A stretch of 64,000 nucleotides of DNA from a virus (taxonomy: Duplodnaviria > Caudoviricetes): IMG/VR virus record IMGVR_UViG_3300042139_000023. The stretch is one strand, 5' to 3'. The notes under the pieces were generated by a model. It ran no database searches. It was given only the letters and a program-made list of their open reading frames with translations, and was not told where the DNA came from. This document shows positions 54,364-62,868 of this stretch, piece after piece. Position numbers and translations under genes: made by a program. How positions within the stretch are numbered: the stretch's first letter is position 1; each line of letters opens with the position of its first letter.

Positions 54364-54825
54364 ATGCCGCTGATCTGGACGCAGGGAGATCTGCTGGAAT
54401 CCCGGGCACAGGGACTGGTCAACCCGGTCAACTGTGTCGGCGTGCCGGGCGCCGGGCTGGCCCGGCAGTTCCGGGACCGCTGGCCCGTGCAGGTCGACGA
54501 GTACGTGACCTTCTGCCGCGAGGGCCGGATGAAGCCCGGCCTGGTGCACGATGCCGTCCTGCCGGACGGCCGCCGGATTCTGAGCGTCGCCACTAAGCGG
54601 CACTGGCGGGACAACTCCCGGATCGAGGACGTGGATCTCGGCCTCTCGGGTCTGGCCACGTACCTGGACACCACGGGCCTGATCTCGGTCGCACTGCCCG
54701 CACTCGGTTGCGGGCTCGGCGGCCTGCCGAAGGCGCTGGTGGCCAGCCGGGTGAAGTTCTGGCTGGCCGACAACTTCTCCGTGGTCTACGCCTACGGACT
54801 CGATGCGCCGGAGGCGACGGTATGA
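54364..54825 (+). CDS. Macro domain ADP-ribosylhydrolase, DarG/Poa1-like
   Basis: GDLL, LVNPVNCVGVPGAGLARQF, ATKRHWRDNS, ALPALGCGLGGL. Confidence 0.88.
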   Translation: MPLIWTQGDLLESRAQGLVNPVNCVGVPGAGLARQFRDRWPVQVDEYVTFCREGRMKPGLVHDAVLPDGRRILSVATKRHWRDNSRIEDVDLGLSGLATYLDTTGLISVALPALGCGLGGLPKALVASRVKFWLADNFSVVYAYGLDAPEATV

Positions 54826-55019
54826 GCAAGGAGATCATCCGGGTCACCGTCGTCTTCGAGTACGAGGTCGACCCGGACCTGTACCCCGGGGCGAACACGC
54901 CTGGGGAGCGGGCGGAGATCGACCGGGAGAACTTCGCCAAGAACCCCGACCTGGTGGTGGAAACGCTCGCCGACAAGGGAGCGAAGTCCGTCACCCTCGG
55001 GTCTTTCACGATCAACTGA
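54822..55019 (+). CDS. Hypothetical protein
   Basis: ATGA coupling. Confidence 0.7.
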   Translation: MSKEIIRVTVVFEYEVDPDLYPGANTPGERAEIDRENFAKNPDLVVETLADKGAKSVTLGSFTIN

Positions 55020-55039
55020 TCATCGGAACTGGAGAAGAC

Positions 55040-55645
55040 ATGGCGATGACCCGCGAAGAAGAGACGGCGCTGGCGAAGGAGATGGCCGAGGAGGTCGGTC
55101 TGAACCTTCCGTACGCCGCCCAGGTGGGCTTCGAGTACGACGTGAAGGCCGCCCGGCGGAAGGCGGAGGAGCTGCGGGACCTGGCCCGCAAGCGGGAGCA
55201 GGAGTCACGTGATTCCTTCGACCGGTGCGACACCGACGGTTCCCTTTCGCAGTGGGCGAGCGGGATCAACGCCGACAAGTACCGGATCCAGGCCGACATC
55301 GCCGAGAACGGCGGCATGTGGGTCTTCGCGGCCCTCTTCGACCTGGAGGGCAACCTGATCCCGGCGCGGGAGATGTACGGCCAGTACGGGTCCTTCTGGT
55401 CCCTGCTGGACGCCGACGGGAACCGCACGGGCGAGACCTTCAACGAGTCGAAGGCTCAGAACGACAAGGTGAAGATCCGCAACGACGCCCGGAAGGGCTA
55501 CTACGTCGGTTCGGTGCTGGCTCCGGCCCGGGTCGTGACGCGCGGGCAGTCCGTCACCTCGGTCGCCTGCTACGTCGACCGCAACGACGGCGGCTGGGAC
55601 CCGAACGTTCTGGTGATCGACAACGGGAAGGACGAGCAGGAGTGA
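55040..55645 (+). CDS. Conserved-type actinophage protein (SFDRCDTDG.LSQWA)
   Basis: Recognisable motif; CATCGGAA upstream. Confidence 0.8.
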   Translation: MAMTREEETALAKEMAEEVGLNLPYAAQVGFEYDVKAARRKAEELRDLARKREQESRDSFDRCDTDGSLSQWASGINADKYRIQADIAENGGMWVFAALFDLEGNLIPAREMYGQYGSFWSLLDADGNRTGETFNESKAQNDKVKIRNDARKGYYVGSVLAPARVVTRGQSVTSVACYVDRNDGGWDPNVLVIDNGKDEQE

Positions 55646-55962
55646 AGCTGGTCAGCAACACACCCCGCATGGAGCTGCTGCGGATCGAGCTGACGACCGG
55701 CCAGTGCCCGCCGCAGTCCTGCCTGGAGTGGGACGAGTTCCTTCACCTGTACGCCCTGCTGCGGCGGCTCCCCGGAGCCGCCCCGGCGGTGCGCTCGGAG
55801 GTGCTGACGAAGCTGCTCGGCCGGGGTTTCGAGCACCGGTACGCCACGAACTTGATGGGCCTGGCCACGGCGGGAGTTCAGCCGTTGGCGATGCTGGTCC
55901 GACAGGCGGCGCTCCACTCGGAGATCCGGCCGCTTCGAGAAGAGGAGAAGGTGGACAAGTGA
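55642..55962 (+). CDS. Hypothetical protein
   Basis: GTGA coupling. Confidence 0.7.
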   Translation: MKLVSNTPRMELLRIELTTGQCPPQSCLEWDEFLHLYALLRRLPGAAPAVRSEVLTKLLGRGFEHRYATNLMGLATAGVQPLAMLVRQAALHSEIRPLREEEKVDK

Positions 55963-56348
55963 GCGACGACCCTGACAGCAAGAACCCGGACTTCTGGCCG
56001 GGCAAGGACATTCAGGCTGCGGTCCGGCGCATGCAGCTCTGGCTGGAGCAGTACCCGGACGACGTGAGCGTGGCGAGCCAGATCGGAAGCTCGCAGGAGT
56101 TCGTCTCCCCGGGCTGGCCGTACCGGATGTACGCCGTGGACCGCCGGGACCTGGAAGCCGTGCTGAAGCTCGTGCAGAACCTGCCGAACTTCCAGATCTA
56201 CACGGCCGACGCGTCCACGGTGTGCGAGGCGTGCGACACGAACATCACCTGGGGGGACCAGGATCCCCGGCTGTACTCACTGGTCGAGGCGGCGGCGGCG
56301 CACGTATGTGACCCGGTGGAGAAGGCGAAGATCAGCGGAACTGCATGA
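55959..56348 (+). CDS. Hypothetical protein (CEAC)
   Basis: GTGA coupling. Confidence 0.75.
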   Translation: MSDDPDSKNPDFWPGKDIQAAVRRMQLWLEQYPDDVSVASQIGSSQEFVSPGWPYRMYAVDRRDLEAVLKLVQNLPNFQIYTADASTVCEACDTNITWGDQDPRLYSLVEAAAAHVCDPVEKAKISGTA

Positions 56349-56414
56349 GGTGCTTCGGTGGGGCCCGGTTGCGGCCGGGCCTTCGCCGTGGGACCTCACG
56401 GAACTGGAGGAGAA

Positions 56415-56690
56415 ATGCACCACAGCGAGATCGATCACAAGGCCAAGGTGACGGATGCCCTGGCGGACCTGGACGAGGACGACCGGTACGGGTACCGGCC
56501 GGTGCTGATGGAGAGCTTCGTCATGGTCGACGGCACCGACGTTCTGGTTCCGGCGGAGGACTCGCCGGAGGGAATGATCGTGGCCCTCACCGAGACGCAG
56601 GCGGTTCAGGCCCTGCTGTGCCTGGCCGAGCAGATCGGTGACATCGTGGCCGTGAAGCTCATCCAGGAACAGATGGCAAAGCCCAAGTAG
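56415..56690 (+). CDS. Acidic hypothetical protein
   Basis: RBS GGAGGAG. Confidence 0.75.
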   Translation: MHHSEIDHKAKVTDALADLDEDDRYGYRPVLMESFVMVDGTDVLVPAEDSPEGMIVALTETQAVQALLCLAEQIGDIVAVKLIQEQMAKPK

Positions 56691-56710
56691 CCAGGGCGAG
56701 TTCGATCAGA

Positions 56711-56727
56711 TAGTGTGGCCTAGGTCA
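56711..56727 (+). promoter_or_regulatory. -10-like TAGTGT abutting GGCCTAGGTCA (copy 8)
   Basis: TAGCCA-N17-TAGTGT, then the palindrome at 56717-56727. Confidence 0.6.
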
Positions 56728-56885
56728 GGGAAGGAGGAAAGACATGGCGGAGAAGCTGCCCCAGCGCGAGCCGGGCAAGGCCCTCAAGGAGGCGCGCGAG
56801 CGCGAGGAGGGCCAGCGCTGAACACCGAGGGGCGCCCACGGGCGCCCCTTCTGGCGTCACAGAAACCGGAACAGGAGAAGGATTC

Positions 56886-57320
56886 ATGGAGTTCCACGAG
56901 CGTTTTGCCACGGCTGCGGCCGACACCGACTACTCGCGCTACCCGCAGCTCCAGGCCCTGAGCAAGTACGACATCATCGCCACGGCCGAAGCCCTGCGCC
57001 TCACGGCCATCCGTCTCGGCACGCACGTCAAGGGCTGGGGCATGCTCGATGAGCTGATCCTGGACGAGCCGACCGTCACCACGGCCCTGCTGGCGCAGAA
57101 GCAGCGCTGGGACGACGAAGGACACCTGGTCTCCACTGAGTTCGAGGAGTACTGGGACGCGACCGACACCCACAACTTCCCCTCCTCGCTGCTGGAGGAG
57201 ATGAAGCGCCACCTGGTCCGCCAGTTCCTGGAGGGCAAGAAAGCGGAGCACGTCGCGGTCGACAACCCGTACGGCATCTGGCTGTTCGACAAGGCCGTCC
57301 TGGAGGGAATCTTCCAGTGA
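56886..57320 (+). CDS. Hypothetical protein
   Basis: RBS AGGAGAAGG. Confidence 0.8.
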   Translation: MEFHERFATAAADTDYSRYPQLQALSKYDIIATAEALRLTAIRLGTHVKGWGMLDELILDEPTVTTALLAQKQRWDDEGHLVSTEFEEYWDATDTHNFPSSLLEEMKRHLVRQFLEGKKAEHVAVDNPYGIWLFDKAVLEGIFQ

Positions 57321-57604
57321 TCGACCTCTTCGACAATCTGCCGATCGGGCAGAAGCTCGAACTGTTTCCCGACATCTGGGGCGCCTTCGCCGTCATCACT
57401 GTACGGCCGCGTCCGGACGGTGGCCGGAAGCCGGAGATGCCCCTGCTGTCCCGTGGCCACTTCTTCATGGACCACCAGCAAGAGGTCTGGACTGTCCTTC
57501 AGGCTGCCGTTCTGGCCGAGGTGGATCAAGGCAGTGGAGACGAGCTGCCGTACCGTTACGCGTACGAGTACGTGGTCGTGAACGGCAAGCGTCAGCTCGA
57601 CTGA
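57317..57604 (+). CDS. Hypothetical protein
   Basis: GTGA coupling. Confidence 0.75.
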   Translation: MIDLFDNLPIGQKLELFPDIWGAFAVITVRPRPDGGRKPEMPLLSRGHFFMDHQQEVWTVLQAAVLAEVDQGSGDELPYRYAYEYVVVNGKRQLD

Positions 57605-57613
57605 GCCACCCGG

Positions 57614-57640
57614 GGGGCGGCCCCGGATCGGGGTCGCCCC
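57614..57640 (+). terminator. Hairpin, possible terminator
   Basis: GGGGCGGCCCC / GGGGTCGCCCC stem with one G-U pair. Confidence 0.55.
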
Positions 57641-57658
57641 TTCGCCGTGTTTCCAGCC

Positions 57659-57669
57659 TGACCTAGGCC
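57659..57669. promoter_or_regulatory. TGACCTAGGCC palindrome, reverse orientation (copy 9)
   Basis: Intergenic, upstream of TAGACT. Confidence 0.6.
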
Positions 57670-57706
57670 GGTTGATGATAGACTCCCGTGCGCGGAAGGA
57701 GAGGAA

Positions 57707-58201
57707 ATGGCAAACGACTTGGTCAAGTTCCCGGAGGCCGGGGACCACTGGGAGGAAGTGCCGGGACCCGGCATGTACGTGCTGGCGATTCTCCCCCGGA
57801 AGGCCGAGCCCGATCAGTGTGCCGTGGGTGCCGCCATTCTCATGCTGCGCCCCCAGGGGCGTCTGCTCACCCCGGTCGACCCGCTGTGGCCGACGGAGGA
57901 GAGCCGGAACTACGACGCCAGCCTCCTGGAGGAAGCGGCCCAGCTCTTCGAGGAGAAGGGGGAGCGGGTCAAAGCCGCAACGATACGGGCCCAGTTCCCC
58001 GCCACGGATCTGTCGGTCGAGGTCGTTCAGGCGACGCACATGGGATCGACGGCGCGAACCCTGCGCAGCACGAAGACCGGCGAGTACTGGCAGGCACGGT
58101 GGGAAGACCTCACACCGTCCGGGATCCTGCACCTGCACCAGATTCACACCTGTTTCGTACGGCCGCCCGTACTGATCACGTTCCTGGGGGACGAGGACTG
58201 A
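57707..58201 (+). CDS. Hypothetical protein
   Basis: RBS GAAGGAGAGG. Confidence 0.75.
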   Translation: MANDLVKFPEAGDHWEEVPGPGMYVLAILPRKAEPDQCAVGAAILMLRPQGRLLTPVDPLWPTEESRNYDASLLEEAAQLFEEKGERVKAATIRAQFPATDLSVEVVQATHMGSTARTLRSTKTGEYWQARWEDLTPSGILHLHQIHTCFVRPPVLITFLGDED

Positions 58202-58554
58202 TGAAGCTGTTCGGCAAGGAAGTTCCCGGCCCGAAGCCCCGCCTCTCCGGCGAGACGCAGCCGGTGTACGACGCCGGAGCCAAGAACGCCTTCGTCGCCG
58301 TACTCCAGCGGGCGCTCGACGTACAGATCCCGGGACGCCTGGGAGCCAGCAGCTACACCGACCCGGCGACCGCACTGGAGAACGCCGTCCAGGTCGCTTC
58401 GTCGTACTGCAACGACGAACTCCTCTCCCGGATGAACAACTTCCGGGACGCCGTCCTCGACGCCTCCCGGGGCGAAGGCGGAGAGCAGGAAGTCAACAGG
58501 GCCCGGGAGATCTTCACCAAGGGATGCCGGGAAGCACTCGGCAACGACCAGTAG
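58201..58554 (+). CDS. Hypothetical helical protein
   Basis: TGATG coupling. Confidence 0.75.
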   Translation: MKLFGKEVPGPKPRLSGETQPVYDAGAKNAFVAVLQRALDVQIPGRLGASSYTDPATALENAVQVASSYCNDELLSRMNNFRDAVLDASRGEGGEQEVNRAREIFTKGCREALGNDQ

Positions 58555-58575
58555 GACCGGAAAGGGAGAAGAACA

Positions 58576-59091
58576 GTGCGACTCATGCACCAGCACGACC
58601 TGGGCGGCCCCGGCCGCGTGATCGTCATGGCCGGAGACCTCCCCGTCACCATCACGGTCGACGAGCGGGCCGAGTACCGATCGGTCGATGTCATGGCCGA
58701 CCGGGGGCTGGCCGCCTGGGCGGGGCCCATCGGCCCGGGAGGGGTCTCCTTCGGCGTCGAGGTCGGCAGGCCCAGCCTGATCAACACTCTGCGCGACAAG
58801 CTGGGTCTGCGCATGGGGACCTCGGTCTCCGGCGGGGGCTCGGTCGTGTCGTCCGGGCGGGACTCGATCGCGGCCGGAGGGAGCATCGTCAACTGCGCCA
58901 CCGGCCGGGGTGCGAAGGTAACAGTGGACGGCGTGGAGCAGAGGCTGCCGGAGATCGGCGTGCACCTGACCGCTCCCCCGCTGTGCACCTTCGAGATCCG
59001 CTCGCACGGCGGCATCACGGTGCTTCACGGCGACACCGAGTTGACCGTCCAGGCGGCCGAGGAGCGGGGCCTGCTGGCGGTGGCCCGATGA
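58576..59091 (+). CDS. Beta-rich protein resembling the DUF4097 N-terminal region
   Basis: Gly/Ser-rich SVSGGGSVVSSG...VTVDG, as in 51339..52169. Confidence 0.6.
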   Translation: MRLMHQHDLGGPGRVIVMAGDLPVTITVDERAEYRSVDVMADRGLAAWAGPIGPGGVSFGVEVGRPSLINTLRDKLGLRMGTSVSGGGSVVSSGRDSIAAGGSIVNCATGRGAKVTVDGVEQRLPEIGVHLTAPPLCTFEIRSHGGITVLHGDTELTVQAAEERGLLAVAR

Positions 59092-59306
59092 TCTCGGCGG
59101 TCGGCGACTTCCTGGTGGAGCGCTTCCCGGGCGTCGGCCCGAACCGCAAGGTGGCACGGATCGTCAGCGACCAGCCGGAGGAGGGGCGCCTGCGGGTGTC
59201 CCGGACCGTCCAGGCGGGCGGCAGGCGCTACACCGTGGCCTTCCATTTCCCGCCGGGCATCCGGCAGGGCCGGGCCATCGCGTGGCCGAAGGAGAGGGAG
59301 AGCTGA
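59088..59306 (+). CDS. Hypothetical protein
   Basis: ATGA coupling. Confidence 0.65.
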   Translation: MISAVGDFLVERFPGVGPNRKVARIVSDQPEEGRLRVSRTVQAGGRRYTVAFHFPPGIRQGRAIAWPKERES

Positions 59307-59734
59307 TGGGTCTGCGGCAAGAGGCGGAAGCGCTGTTCTTCGGGACCGGAGTCCAGGAGCTGTACCCGCACTGGCAGTCGGAGTACTCGCCGGGCCCGCA
59401 GTTCCAGCCGCACGGCGAGTGGGCGCGCGGTGAAGCACCCGACATCTGGGCCTACAAGATCCGGATCACCGATCCTCTCAACTGTGAACGCCTGATGGAT
59501 CGGATCATCACGTACTCGATCCTCTACAGCACCGCCGAGATGATCAGCGGGGACAAGGTCGACACCGAGAAACCGTTCCACCCGGTGGACGCCGAGACCG
59601 TTCGGGCCTGCGAGATGTGGGTCTACTCGGACGAACTCGGCATGTTCGACCCCCACACGCTGGACCAGGTTCTCCAGGTGGCCGTGTTCGGCGGCCTGCT
59701 GCACCCCCACTTCGAGCCCCGCAACCGGGGCTGA
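59306..59734 (+). CDS. Hypothetical protein
   Basis: TGATG coupling. Confidence 0.8.
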   Translation: MGLRQEAEALFFGTGVQELYPHWQSEYSPGPQFQPHGEWARGEAPDIWAYKIRITDPLNCERLMDRIITYSILYSTAEMISGDKVDTEKPFHPVDAETVRACEMWVYSDELGMFDPHTLDQVLQVAVFGGLLHPHFEPRNRG

Positions 59735-59752
59735 CGGAAAGCGAGAAGAGAC

Positions 59753-60082
59753 GTGAAGCACGAGTTCGCCATCGACTACGCCGGGCTCACCCCGCAGCAG
59801 AAGATCCTGATCCTGGAGGAGATGGGCTTCAAGGAGATCCCGCCTCCCGAGCATGGCACGAACTGTCTGTCCCGGCAGGGCAGCGGCATGCGGTGCGACT
59901 GCCTTCAGGGTGTGACGACCTGGGGAGCGCCGCTCGACGTGAAGAAGTACCTGGGCGAGACGCACGAGGAGCGCGCGGAGTTCGCTGCCCGGCGCCAGAT
60001 GTACCTGAACGACGGCGAGGGTGAGAACCCCGGACCGTGGTGGGCCCACCTGGAGAAGAACGCCCCCCGCAACCGGCACTGA
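59753..60082 (+). CDS. Hypothetical protein
   Basis: Purine-rich RBS. Confidence 0.75.
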   Translation: MKHEFAIDYAGLTPQQKILILEEMGFKEIPPPEHGTNCLSRQGSGMRCDCLQGVTTWGAPLDVKKYLGETHEERAEFAARRQMYLNDGEGENPGPWWAHLEKNAPRNRH

Positions 60083-60092
60083 GGGAGTAGCC

Positions 60093-60431
60093 GTGACCGA
60101 CATCCGGGACATCTACACAGGCCGCCCGATCCGGAACGACCTTCTGGACAACGGCCATGCGCCGAAGTGCACCTGGGCTCCCGAGCAGGGAACGCTGTTC
60201 CCCAAGGGGATGCTCCCCAGCGGCTGGCCGGGTGACCGGCAGGGGCACGAGGCGGCACACGCCCTGTCGGCCCTGCTCGGGTCCGAGGGTATCCGGACCG
60301 ACATCGTGTTCTACCCGAACGGGCAGGTCGACCTGTACTGCCCCGGCGGGAAGCTGGAACTGTCCATGGGTGAGGCCATGAAGCTGGCCCGCCTGCTGGA
60401 CAGGGAGAAGCCGGACCGGCGTCCGGCCTGA
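60093..60431 (+). CDS. Hypothetical protein
   Basis: RBS GAGGGAG. Confidence 0.7.
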   Translation: MTDIRDIYTGRPIRNDLLDNGHAPKCTWAPEQGTLFPKGMLPSGWPGDRQGHEAAHALSALLGSEGIRTDIVFYPNGQVDLYCPGGKLELSMGEAMKLARLLDREKPDRRPA

Positions 60432-60446
60432 CGGAGAGGGAGAAGC

Positions 60447-60749
60447 ATGGCGAAGATCGACGTGAACGAGGTCCAGGGCCTGTTCCGGGTCGGCCTGGCG
60501 GCCGACCAGAAGGGCAACGAGGTCTACGTGCTGGAGATCCTGGGGATCCCGGTTCTGTACGCCGACGCCCACGAGTTCGAGGCTGGACACCAGGACGCCG
60601 AGGACTGGCAGGAGACCTTCGAGACGCGGCTGGCCCGGATGCTGGCCAAGGTGCTGACGGAGGGCTACGACCACGACTTCGTGAAGTGGCGCACCGAGTC
60701 CCCGACCGGCCGCGAGGTGTACCGCCTCGGCCCGTTCGGAGGTGAGTGA
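60447..60749 (+). CDS. Tandem paralog 1 of 3
   Basis: LFRVG...VYVLEILGIP...FETRLARML. Confidence 0.8.
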   Translation: MAKIDVNEVQGLFRVGLAADQKGNEVYVLEILGIPVLYADAHEFEAGHQDAEDWQETFETRLARMLAKVLTEGYDHDFVKWRTESPTGREVYRLGPFGGE

Positions 60750-61021
60750 TGGACGCCATCCGGGTCGGGAAGACCGAGGAGTCCGGCCAGCCTCTGATCG
60801 TCGTCGAACTGTTCGGCGTTCCGCTGGCCAGCTCGACTCACAAGGTCGCCGAGTACGACGCGGATCCGGAAGGGTTCACGAAGTGGTGGCGGGAGTACTT
60901 CGCCCGTCAGATCGTCAGCATGCTGGCGGAGGAACTGCACCAGGAGCGGCGGGTCACCGGCTGGCTGATGGCCACCCGGCTGTCACCGGTACCTCCGGGT
61001 CTGCCGGTGGAGGAGGCGTGA
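60746..61021 (+). CDS. Tandem paralog 2 of 3
   Basis: IRVG...LIVVELFGVP...FARQIVSML. Confidence 0.8.
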   Translation: MMDAIRVGKTEESGQPLIVVELFGVPLASSTHKVAEYDADPEGFTKWWREYFARQIVSMLAEELHQERRVTGWLMATRLSPVPPGLPVEEA

Positions 61022-61299
61022 ACTCCGGACTGTTCGAAGCGGGGGTCGTCGAGCTGCCGAACGGCGGGCGCATCACCGTCGTGGAGTTCATGGGGCAGCC
61101 GATCGCCGAGGGCCCGGCCGAGGCACTGGACGGCGAGGGGGCGGTCGAGGAGATCCAGGAAGCCTTCTGCGCCGCTCTCGTCGCCACCCTGTCCCTGGTG
61201 ATGGGGAGCCAGGAGTTCGGCCGGTACGCGCCCAGGGAGTGGACGTACTGGCATCCGATGGCCCCGCCCCTGGCGAGGCTTCCGAAGGGAGAAGAGTGA
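61018..61299 (+). CDS. Tandem paralog 3 of 3
   Basis: LFEAG...ITVVEFMGQP...FCAALVATL. Confidence 0.75.
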   Translation: MNSGLFEAGVVELPNGGRITVVEFMGQPIAEGPAEALDGEGAVEEIQEAFCAALVATLSLVMGSQEFGRYAPREWTYWHPMAPPLARLPKGEE

Positions 61300-61547
61300 T
61301 GAAGGGCATGGACGGGCTGATCGTCACGGCGGTCAACCGGATGCACGAGGACGAGCTGGAGATGCGGCGCCGCTGGGCCGAGCGCATCCGGGAGGAGTTC
61401 GGGAAGTACCACGAGCACTCCGGCGGCGGTGAGTGCGGCGCCTGCGGGGCGATCCAGGGGGCGAACTGGATGGACCCGGACTACGTCAAGGACGGCCCGG
61501 TCGCGGAGCCGTTCGGGACCTGGAAGGACCGCCAGCCCCAGGTGTGA
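61296..61547 (+). CDS. Hypothetical protein (CGAC)
   Basis: GTGA coupling. Confidence 0.75.
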   Translation: MMKGMDGLIVTAVNRMHEDELEMRRRWAERIREEFGKYHEHSGGGECGACGAIQGANWMDPDYVKDGPVAEPFGTWKDRQPQV

Positions 61548-61635
61548 CTGACCCGAGGCCGAAACGCCGCACCCAGCGGCGTCGCGCAGTGAGACTGCGC
61601 CTGACGATGGCCGTCAGTGGAGGGAGGGGAGAGTA

Positions 61636-61842
61636 GTGAGGAAGCGGGATTCGACGGCCGACGAGGTCTACGACTGGGCGGTGAAGCAGAAGCTGCCCGC
61701 GCCGGACGCATTCGCCATGCGGTACTGGGATCTCGCCGGGGCGACGGTCAGGCTGGGTCTGGCTGCCAGGCTCTGGCGACGGCAGGTCAGGAACGGCACC
61801 ACGGGATTCCCACTGGTGGACGGGGATCGAACGGACGCGTAA
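61636..61842 (+). CDS. Hypothetical protein
   Basis: RBS GGAGGGGGAG. Confidence 0.65.
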   Translation: MRKRDSTADEVYDWAVKQKLPAPDAFAMRYWDLAGATVRLGLAARLWRRQVRNGTTGFPLVDGDRTDA

Positions 61843-61890
61843 GCAGTCCGGAAGACAGGCGAAGCGGTTCGGAAGGGATGAGGAAGAGGC

Positions 61891-62367
61891 ATGGAATTCG
61901 TGGAACCGAAGCGCGGTGACCGGATCGCCAGCGGCGGCCGGATCACGACGATCGACAGCTTCAGCGAGGACGACGGGACGTTCCTGCGCAGCGGGCAGTG
62001 GGTCGACATCTCGGACTTCGAGAAGAACGAGGACGGAGTGTGGGTTCGCACCCATTCGCCCCGTACGTACGAGATCGGTGAGCCGTACAAAGTCAGCTCC
62101 CTGCGCAAGGGTGTCGCCGTCGTCCGGCCCGCCGTATTCGCCGGAGGAGTGAGCGGCAAGGACAAGGTGGTCACCACCTCGCCGTGCTGCCAGCTCTACA
62201 TGCGGCGCCTGGACTTCGGCGACCTCACGTCCGACCTGGCGGCCCGGCAGGGGGGCTGGTCGGAGCAGTGCAACTCCTGCAAGGCGTACTACAAGGTCAT
62301 GCTCATGTTCACCGGCAGCCCCCGGCTCGGCCTGTACGGCGTGCGCTGGGAATCCCTGGGGTTCTGA
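61891..62367 (+). CDS. Hypothetical protein (CC...CNSC)
   Basis: RBS GAGGAAGAGG. Confidence 0.75.
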   Translation: MEFVEPKRGDRIASGGRITTIDSFSEDDGTFLRSGQWVDISDFEKNEDGVWVRTHSPRTYEIGEPYKVSSLRKGVAVVRPAVFAGGVSGKDKVVTTSPCCQLYMRRLDFGDLTSDLAARQGGWSEQCNSCKAYYKVMLMFTGSPRLGLYGVRWESLGF

Positions 62368-62370
62368 ACC

Positions 62371-62856
62371 ATGGCAAACATGAACAACGTCACGGACTCC
62401 ACGCGCATCCGGGAAGCGGAGCGTCTGGGTGAAAAGCTCCTCCCCGACATGTCGTTCGAGGATCGCCTGAAGGTAGCCGAGGTCGCCCTGTCGAACTACG
62501 GGCGCGTGGCCCAGACCTACCCGGTGGATCACGAGCGGGTGCGTACGGACATCTCGCGCGAGCTGCGAATGCTGGCCAACGGTGGCGAGCGATGGGCGGG
62601 CCGGGCGCTGCTCGTCTACGTCTGCAAGGTCTGCTTCGACAGCCGGGCTGAAATGTACGAACCGGTCGGGCACCGTGCGGTGTGCGGGGTGACCAGTCTC
62701 CACGAGCCGATTCAGGGCCTGATGTACCACCGGGCCGCCCGGGTGCAGTACTACGGCGGGTCGTGGGATCTGAACGTGTACATCGCCGAGTGCGGCATCA
62801 CCAACCTGGTCAACGGCAGCAGGGGTTCGGTCCCCTGTCCCGAGTGCTTCCGATAG
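62371..62856 (+). CDS. Hypothetical protein with Zn-binding Cys pairs
   Basis: CKVC...C...H; C...CPEC. Confidence 0.75.
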   Translation: MANMNNVTDSTRIREAERLGEKLLPDMSFEDRLKVAEVALSNYGRVAQTYPVDHERVRTDISRELRMLANGGERWAGRALLVYVCKVCFDSRAEMYEPVGHRAVCGVTSLHEPIQGLMYHRAARVQYYGGSWDLNVYIAECGITNLVNGSRGSVPCPECFR

Positions 62857-62868
62857 GGGTGAATCGAC

